Shown: positions 23,845-32,187 of the stretch, piece by piece
Numbering within the stretch: position 1 is the stretch's first letter
Layout: the number at the start of each line of letters is the position of its first letter
DNA from: Ancylonema sp.
Lineage: Eukaryota
DNA: 32,187 nucleotides
Direction: 5' to 3'
Assembly (NCBI GenBank): GCA_050230475.1
Contig: JBFLGF010000032.1
Location: 62,001-94,187, forward strand
The notes under the pieces: generated by a model
Seen by the model: only the letters and a program-made list of their open reading frames with translations
Database searches by the model: none
Told to the model about the DNA's origin: nothing
Translations under genes and position numbers: made by a program

Positions 23845-24601
23845 CTTGGAGCGGAAGTCATCGGAACATTTGCGCTCGTCCTTAATGGCTGCGGGGCGGT
23901 CGTTGTTGACAAACTGTCCGATGGTGCATTGACACATGTCGGCGTGTCTTGCTTTGGGTTGGTTGTGATGACCATGATTTATGCCACGGGGCACATCTCT
24001 GGCGCTCACTTGGACCCAGCCGTCACATTCGCATTCTCTGCCGTGCATCGCTTCCCCTGGCCGTAGGTGAGTAGGCCCTATATCGGAGCTGCCGTATCCT
24101 AGCGAGCTTGCCGGCCCTATATCAGAGCTGCGAGTATATACTGGTTATTGTTGAATGTTCACCATGAAGTTTCAGGTTTCAGGTTTCAGGTATCAGGTTC
24201 AAGGATTCGGGATTCAAACAAAACAAAAATAAAAAGTTTAAGAAGAAGCCAGGTCCACTCCCGTTTTTTTTTTTTAAAAAAAAAAAAAATTAAATTTCCT
24301 TCATTTATATATATTTTTATGAAAATGCTAACGATTCAGGGTTTCAATATCTAATCAGAAACTAGTTCCAATGCCCAGAATACTGATCCGTTTGCGAAGT
24401 TCTCATTCTTGGCAGGTCCCCTACTACATGGCCTCCCAAATCATAGCCGTCTTGCGTTTCTCTCGCATCATCTTCCACCCGGTAGTCCACCTTGGCCCCA
24501 CGTTGCTAGCTAGCATTCCCTTCCAGTCTCTGACCCTCGAGTTCTTCCTAACCGCCTTATTGATGGATGTCATCTCCTTTGTTGCAACCAAAAGCAGGGC
24601 G
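23845..24601 (+). pseudogene. NIP: NIP-type aquaporin (NOD26-like intrinsic protein) two-exon relic: 23845-24066 and 24416-24601
   Basis: GAEVIGTFALVLNGCG...MIYATGHISGAHLDPAVTFAF...FPWP*|VPYY...LEFFLT..LMDVISFVATKSRA|GT. First NPA box reads DPA, TAG stop at the exon end, small deletions, and no second-NPA exon found. Confidence 0.88.
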
Positions 24602-24724
24602 GTGAGCTGGTGGGGGGGGGTTTGGTTGAGTTGGCGCCGCTGAGTTGGCACTTTTCAGCTGGGTGGCAGGCAGCATGAGTCGTCAAGACTTTGGAGGTGC
24701 CAGCTGGCACTTTCGCATGCCAGC

Positions 24725-25128
24725 TAACATGAACTCATTGTGCGCATGTCATATACCTCTCTCCTGTACCCTAAGTAACATGAACCGACCGTGCTCATGT
24801 CATTTACCTCACTCCAATACCCTAAATGACATGAACTGACCGTGCTTATGTCATTTACTCCACTCCTATACCCTTAATCACCAGAAGTAAATGTGCGCAT
24901 GCATATACCCCTCTCTTGTACCCTAAATCACGTGAACTAAATGTGCGCATGTCATATACGCCCCCTGTACCTTGAATAACATGAACCGACCCTGCGCATG
25001 TCATATATCCTCTCCCGTACCCTAAATAACATGAACCGACCGTGCGCATGTCATTTACTCTTCTTCGGTACTTTAAATCACTTGAACTAAATGTGAGCAT
25101 GTCATATACCCCCCTCTTGAACCCTAGA
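24725..25128. repeat. Minisatellite of eight ~51-bp units
   Basis: Consensus close to TAACATGAACCGACCGTGCGCATGTCATATACCCCTCTCCTGTACCCTAAA, with a variant unit starting TCAC.TGAACTAAATGTG. Confidence 0.9.
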
Positions 25129-25220
25129 ACTAAATCTAATTGTGGTCTTGGTGGAAGAGTGGTGGTGTACATGCTCTTCGTTCTTCACCTTTGCACAGTG
25201 GTGTGATTTGTCAAGCCCTT

Positions 25221-26211
25221 GTGAACATAGTACTATTCCATAGCTTTACAACAAGAAATGAAATGAGGAGCCAAGTGCTTGGAATTGCGAATTAAGCTTC
25301 ACCAAGCTAATGACGAAACTTAAAGATTTTGAATTTACTTCTTTTCTTCGTACTCGCCGAATCGATCGGACGAAATTGGTACAAAAGATGAGAGATGATT
25401 TCCGATGTCGAGGTCGGTGATGAAGCGGACGTTGGAATGGTTGCGGAAGTACGCAAGGCCCCTCTTGTGATCGTAGTGAACGCATACAAACTCTACGTAA
25501 CGAGAGCCGGGTTCGTCGAAGGACGCCTGAAGAACCGCCGCGCTTTCGTTCCACGCCTCCATTGAAACCTCGCACGTGCCATCATAAATGATGACGCTCA
25601 TCACTTGGTTTCCGTTGCGGGTCGAATGTAGTTTTTGGATGTCGCCGATACAAACGTTGACGTTGTACAACTGGGGGAAAAAAAAACCGAAAAAATGTTA
25701 AGGTCGGATGAAGGATTATAAAGACATGAGAAATATGACCCATCAAACAAATCACGAAGAAGAACGTTGTCATATTTCCCACGAAAAAAGCCTAAAGAAT
25801 TGTTATGGTCGGAAATACAAATTAGACACATTTTTGAAGCGTGAACATCGAACAAACCCGAATGTAGAAGGTTGTCATCTCCTCCATGCACATTATACTA
25901 GTCCATTGACTATTTATGGATTCATTTGCAAGTAATTGTTCGGAGAATGAAATAATCTTACCCCCTCTAGAGTCTTGAACTCCTTCAACGATGGGTTTGC
26001 TTTGCGCTCAACGAATTCGATGGAGGGCGGGCATGGCAACACAAAAATGTCTTCGTTGATTTTGACATCGACCTTTGATCCCCATGGGTTCCACCTACAA
26101 CCCAAAAAATATGTGTTAGAGTATTTCCGAGAAATCGAAAGGGAAGCAAGTAATACAAGCACACGAGATACAAGACGAGAGACAAGCACAACACAAGCAC
26201 ACAAGATACAA
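25221..26211 (-). repeat. Left arm of a ~1-kb inverted duplication (partial copy of the OB-fold-like gene)
   Basis: Reverse complement of 27221-28225. The ORF translations of both arms are near identical (WNPWGSKVDVKINE..., NVNVCIGDIQKL...MEAWNESAAVLQ). Confidence 0.92.
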
Positions 26212-26910
26212 ATCTCTTTCTGAAAAAAAAAATCAAACAATTCCAACTTGAAGTAGCTAACATACAGCCAAAGAATATCTTATGTTGTTCGGACATGATG
26301 ACTTGTCCAAGAATGCCTTTTTTTTTTTTTTTTTTTTTAATTGGGAAACAGATTTGCATTTTCTGAACATCGATGATGCAGATAGAGTAGTATCCCATGC
26401 ATCCCGCAACAACAACACCTGTGAAGGTGCAATTTCAATCTCGTACTACGCATGTCATCGTCGAAAGTGTTCGTTTAGGTCATAACTTTGAATTGTCACC
26501 ATTTCCATTCGTTTTGTAAAGTGCATAAGATTTCAAAAAACGTCACCCGGTGCTGCAAAAAAAAAAAAAAAAAAAAAAAAACTTCTGGCAAAAACTATGC
26601 AGCCATATTGCTCTGATATGCCAACACACGAGTAGGTGTCCTCACAACGCACTTGTGATTGCAAAATTGATTCCTATTAGGTGAAACCCCCCAGACCTAA
26701 GATGGAGCCAGCTACTCAAAGCCAAGATAAATTCAAGGTACTTTGTTCTTCTATTTATATGTCGAACAACCATTTCATATGTTTCGACCTCCGAGCTTTC
26801 AAATTCCTCGATTTCAACTTGAGTTGTTGGTTTTTTGAATTCGAAATCTTTGCTTTTTTGACGCTTTGATTCGACAGGATCGTATCCTAACAAAAAAAAA
26901 AAAGTTCTTT

Positions 26911-28125
26911 ATGCAGCCCCTTGTGGTGACCCTCGCGACATGTGGTGAGGAGGCTTTGCACAAGCAAATATTCATCAAAGTAGACCACAAGTTCCCGCCG
27001 TTTGTGGTAAAAGTGAATGACGTGTGGCTTACCGTGGCTCAACTCGAGGACACCGACGTGAACGACAGCCACGTTTTCTTGAGGCGGGAGTTTCCCGGGA
27101 AAAACGAGAAAGAGATGGGCGAAGCAAAGGCGTGGATAGCTCTGATATCCATCCCCGGAAGTAAGCAAATAGTAAACGTAGAATTTACAGTTATGTAAGT
27201 GAACATCATCACCAGTTGAATTGTATCTTGTGTGCTTGTGCTGTGTTTGTCTCTCGTGTACTGTATCTCGTGTGCTTGTATTACTTGCTTCTCTTTCGGT
27301 TTCTCGGAAATACTCTAACACATATTTTTTGGGTTGTAGGTGGAACCCATGGGGATCAAAGGTCGATGTCAAAATCAACGAAGGCATTTTTGTGTTGCCA
27401 TGCCCGCCCTCCATCGAATTCGTTGAGCGCAAAGCGAACCCATCGCTAAAGGAGTTCAAGACTCTAGAAGGGGTGAGATTATTCTATTCTCCGAACAATT
27501 ACTTGCAAATGAATCGATAAATAGTTAATGGACTAGTATAATGTGCATGGAGGAGATGACAACCTTCTACATTCGGGTTTATTCGATGTTCACGCTTCAA
27601 AAATGTGTATAATTTGCATTTCCGACCATGACAATTCTTTAGGTTTTTTTCGTGGGAAATATGACAACGTTCTTCTTTGTGATTTGTTCGATAAGTCATA
27701 TTTCTCATGTCTTTATAGTCCTTCTTCCGACTTTAACATTTTTTTGGATTTTTTTTTTCCAGTTGAACAATGTCAACGTTTGTATCGGTGACATCCAAAA
27801 ACTACCTCCGACCCGCAACGGAAACAAGGTGATGAACGTCATCATTTATGATGGCTCGAGCGAGGTTTCAATGGAGGCGTGGAACGAAAGCGCGGCGGTT
27901 CTTCAAACGTTCTTCTACAAACCCGGCTCTTGTTACGTGGAGTTTGTATGCGTTCACTACGATCATAAGAGGGGCTTTGCGTACTTCCGCAACCATTCCG
28001 ACGTCCGCTTCATCACCGACCTCGACATCAGCAATCATCTCTCAACTTTTGTACCACTTTCGTCCGATCGATTCGTCCGATCGATTCGGCGAGTACGAAG
28101 AAAAGAGGTAAATTCAAAATATTAA
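26911..28125 (+). pseudogene. Spliced gene of unknown function with OB-fold-like (RPA/ssDNA-binding-like) segments. Exons ~26911-27194, 27340-27472, 27763-28125.
   Basis: Phase-compatible GT-AG junctions (AT|GTAAGT...TAG|G, GGG|GTGAGA...CCAG|TTG). TRNGNKVMNVIIYDGSSEVSMEAWNESA resembles the OB-fold D-x-S/T-x-x-hydrophobic-x-x-x-x-W pattern. A 13-bp duplication at 28060-28085 shifts the C-terminal frame. Confidence 0.45.
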
Positions 28126-28576
28126 AGTTTCGTCATTAGCTTGATGAAGCTTAATTCGCAATTCCAAACACGTGGCTCCTCATTTCATTTCTTGATGTTA
28201 AGATATGGAATAATACAATGTTCACCATCACGGTATTTGCCATTGCATACAATTAGTTCCTTTGCAATACAATTGGCCTCTTTGATGTTTTTGTTGTTGT
28301 TGTTGTTGTTTTTGTGGTTTGATGTTTAACTATGGTGTTGCAATAACGTGGTGCAGATTTACTGCCGTGGACAACTACCTCAAGGAAGCTCAAAATCCAC
28401 ACCAACGAACTCAGAAATAGAGAGTTTGGGTAGAAATCGAATACGTCGGCGAATGCAGTGTGCAAGCTCTCCAAAAGGGGGGGGAAGAGTTGAGAGCAAA
28501 AGCCTGTTTCCAAGATGGCGATAAGCTTTGTATGCCACTATTTCGAGAACTGCATATTTTTGTTTTCTCGTTATTC

Positions 28577-28668
28577 CACTCGCCGAATCGATCGGACGAA
28601 ATTGGTACAAAAGTGGAGAGATGATTGCTGATGTCGAGAACGGTGATGAACCGGACGTCGGAATGGCC
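28577..28668 (-). repeat. Third partial copy of the 3' end of the OB-fold-like gene, fused to an unrelated exon-like segment
   Basis: Encodes HSDVRFITVLDISNHLSTFVPISSDRFGE, matching 25352-25440 and 27992-28092. Confidence 0.8.
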
Positions 28669-30181
28669 ACAACTTGTGGCGTGCAAGGACTCTTTCTTTG
28701 TTTGCATCAGCGGTGACATTTCCTTCAGCATAGGCGTAGATTCCACCTTCTTCACTTGCACGCCCTCTTTCGGTCCAAAGGTCGTCTCATTCTCGGTTGT
28801 AGGATCGTCGAGGTTCTTTGAGTCAACATTAGAAGCTCCCTGTAAAAAAGAAATTGTGGATTGTCACGCACATAAAAATCTTTTAGAGTAATTGTATGTG
28901 AATACAAAATAAATGGTCTGCACCTGATCAAGTAAAAATCTGTATGTGTGAGGATAAAATATCGAGCTACGACCCGCGGAAAGAAAGGGTGTCAAAGAAT
29001 ACAGTGAAGTATTTTTTCATAACAGATAAATTAATGCATAGCATGCTTCCTGTCTGGGTGATCGTAACAAAAAAAAAATCACTGGATTTCGATACTGAAT
29101 GACAAAGTTATTGATTAGCAAAGATTTAAAAGCTACTAACACAAATTTGACCGGTTCTAAAATAAATTTGCGATATTGAACTCGATACTGCTCGGATTCC
29201 TCGGGGGTATTCTTTGCAGAATGTGTTATTTTTTAGTACGAAGATAGACATAAATTCGTTTACAATAGATGTATCACAGTGATGCTGAAATACTGATTGG
29301 ACCGTTTTAATAAAAGGGAACTTACTCCAAACTTCAATACACGAGCGTAGGTTTGGCGACCCATCTTGAGGAGAGAAATTGAGCGTTGAAGTGAAAACTT
29401 TGGCTGAGTGGTGCTAAAACTTGGAGTTGATGCGGAAGTGTTGAGGTCAGGCAAAACTTGGTGTTTGAATTTGTGCCAAATATTTTTAAGAACGATGTCT
29501 CGAACGATCCGAGAACGTCGGAAGTTGTTGTCGTATCCAAGAGACGAATACGACAAATGTGATACGATGCTGATCGTCACCGACTCGAAAAAGAATATTC
29601 TCGCCGACATTTAGATTTCTCTATAGACTCAAAACTATAACGGGCTCATCCGTCGCTTTGTCTTTTGTTGCACTCATCGGGCTCATTTATAACTTTAAAT
29701 ATTGTGCCTATATGCAATATCTATAATCTATGCTTCTATTGTGTCGTTAGTGCTTAAAAAAGGTTAGAGTATGTTTAAGAGGATCTTATTCGTCAATAAT
29801 CACCGACAATTTCACATGTTGTAACGCACCACCGACTTCAACGGCAAGATTCCGGTTCAGTGCGATTTTTGGCCATATCTGAATAGAGACGAAATAAGGA
29901 CAGATAGCATTGTCGTATTTTATAACATTCCGGGAGACTTCCTGTCCTTGCGCATAAGACGGTTAGTTTCTTTGGAGTGCTACAATTTTGTGGTTAGTGG
30001 ACCACGTATCTACGAAAAGCATATCTTATGGCAGACTAACTAGGCCCGACTAAGTCGATTTTCGACTTGAGCAAAAGCCAGTTAACGCATTAGTTTGTAT
30101 TGTCGTTCTTATGGCGGGTTCTAAAGTTAGTTGCGCCTGGAATTCCGACTAACTGCTGACTAAAGTTAGTCGGCACTTAGC

Positions 30182-31250
30182 TAGGGTTGTTACCTCCGCG
30201 CCAACCGCGCAGCAGCCAACCGCGCAACCGCGCAGTGGCCAACCCCGACAACGCTCATACAGGTAACGGTTGACCCACCCGGGTGGCTTTTTTGGCCAAC
30301 CGCAAGCCAACTCCCAGCCGGTTGGCGAACCCCCACCCGGGTGGGATGCAGTTGGGGCGGTTGGGTTGCGGTTGGGGTGCGGTTGGGTGCGGTTGGGTAT
30401 TTTCAAAAAAAGAAAAGAAAAAAGAAAAAACCTTTTTTTTTTTTTGGGTATCCTCACCGTCTCTCTCCCTATAAGTACAAATTTATAATAGGATATGGCG
30501 TACAAACTTCTTATTATACTTTCTTCTTTCAATATCTGTGTATCATACGTGAAGGGTTCCTTTCGGATACCTTTCGGTTCCTACATATAATTATTGCCTT
30601 TCACGTGCTCATTTTGTGAACCATCCCATACTCATTTACGATGTGTACTTGTTTATAACGTTTGTTAAAAACATACATCATTCTTCCACACTCGTAAATT
30701 TCCATTCCCCCCCCCCCCCACAATTCTCCACATTTTAATAGAGCGTTCATGAAGGGATTTCAAGGGGACATTAACAATGTGTTCCATATTGTCATATATC
30801 TTGTTTACTCTACCAATAAGAATATATATGTTGTCTATAAGAAGAGAGGTCAAGAAGACAAGAAGTAGAGGACGAACATCAGAATGGAAATGGAACAAAG
30901 AAGGGAAGAACGGATTCGGTGACAGAGAAGCCTTCCCATACATGAACTACGTGTGGCGGTATTTAACTTCGATGTTTTTTTTTTTTTTTTTAACGTAGTT
31001 CTTGAAATTTTCGTGTCGCAATTCAATTTTGGACCCTACTTTTGAATTTAAATTTATGAAACTTTGCCTATTTTTAGCCTTCTAGCCAACTGCCCAACCG
31101 CATCCCACCCGGGTGGCACCTTCCCCATCGGGTGGCGGTTGGGATGCGGTTGGGAAAACGCCACCCGGTTGGGCCCAACCGAAACGATGGGGTGCGGCTG
31201 GGCGCGGATGGTACTTTACCTACCGCGGTGAAAAATGCGGAGGTAACAGT
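30182..31250. mobile_element. hAT-like non-autonomous element
   Basis: Left end TAGGGTTGTTACCTCCGC and right end GCGGAGGTAACAG. Flanks CACTTAGC/TACTTAGC match 7 of 8. Clustered CAACCG/CGGTTG subterminal repeats at both ends and an AT-rich core. Confidence 0.7.
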
Positions 31251-32092
31251 ACTTAGCAGGCGACTAACTCCTATGACGTGGCTGGATGGAAGCTTCGACG
31301 AATCACAGAGCCCGTCACCGTCCAGTCACCCAAACTTCAACCTGAACCTTGCCGCTGGCCTGCTGGTGGTATCCCCCTCGCTGAAATCGTTCTGACATCA
31401 CACGCTCAGTCGCTAACACGATTTGCCCGCCCTGAATGCATTCTTCGCCGTTTATTCTGAAAAATGTACAAATCGATAGCTCTAGCAAGCAAGTATCCTC
31501 TGGCAAAAAATCAGGGAAAAAAGTGTGGTTTTCCGTAGTCTTTCACTACTCGCGCACTTTTTGGGGTCTTGTTACTATTTTTAATACTGTGAATTATTTG
31601 AGCGACAGAAAAATTATTTAGAGATAATTTCTGGAAGCTAAGACATTTATGCTTCATATGAATATCTTCGATTTACATTTGGTTTCGAATCGGTGTAGGG
31701 CGAATAAATCGTAGACTGATGGCCGGTGTTGCGAGGAACGAACGCTAGGTGACGCGAGGAGCAGGTGGAGGAGGAGGCAACCAGCCGGGGTTCTGAGTTT
31801 CGCTGACGTGGCATTCGATTGATCGGCTGCTGACTGGTTATTATAATATTTTAAGTTAGACGGCCATAAGATTTTTTTTTATCTAACATGCGAGATACGA
31901 GTGAGAATTCGGCCGCTTTGGGGTCATTTTGACCCCGAAAGTACAGGCTTCGAACGGCTGAGTTAGTTGCCATAAGATATGCTCTAAGGGAATCCCCAGT
32001 TATACGTGTGGACATTCCACAAAGGCCAAATATCGGTTTGTTTTTTGGATTTGTCCAACCGGCTTGAGCCGTCAATTGCTCGATAGCCACTA

Positions 32093-32187
32093 CAGTGCAG
32101 TCTTGATATAGTGACACACTGTACAGTGACAATCACGATATAGTAACATTTTTTTTGCCCTTTTTCTAATCCTATATAAAAACCTAC
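32093..32187. mobile_element. Left end of a TA-target MITE of the family seen at 462-1545 (runs off the window)
   Basis: TA|CAGTGCAGTCTTGATATAGTGACA, then TATATAAAAACCTAC identical to 462-476. Confidence 0.7.

Noticed and set aside
24725..25128. CRISPR-like array
   Set aside because: Units are contiguous with no unique spacers, the context is eukaryotic, and there are no cas genes.
29260..29614. Possible exon upstream of the 28.8-kb segment
   Set aside because: Frame and splice sites are ambiguous and no homology was recognised.
31920..31936. GGGGTCATTTTGACCCC palindrome suggesting a transposon end
   Set aside because: No matching partner end or TSD found in the window.

Overview
Eukaryotic, intron-containing, transposon-rich DNA, most likely from a streptophyte plant (inferred from a plant-type B cyclin and a NIP aquaporin relic with land-plant intron positions). 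The main result is a degenerate Ty3/Gypsy LTR-retrotransposon cluster at 3.3-11.7 kb that carries two chromatin-related modules. The first is a C5-cytosine DNA methyltransferase (DNMT) domain fused in frame behind the aspartic protease. The ORF track hides it because it is split by a PIF/Harbinger-type MITE, one stop codon and a 7-bp duplication. The second is a PHD finger at the C-terminus of each of two distinct integrases. Reverse transcriptase is absent from the window. The rest holds nested TA-target MITEs, a ~390-bp (TA)n run, three Mutator-like elements with 9-bp TSDs (two inserted 1 bp apart, one holding a probable solo LTR), an apparently intact cyclin B gene, a NIP pseudogene, a 51-bp minisatellite, a ~1-kb inverted duplication of an unknown OB-fold-like spliced gene, and a hAT-like MITE. 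All alignments and translations were done by eye.
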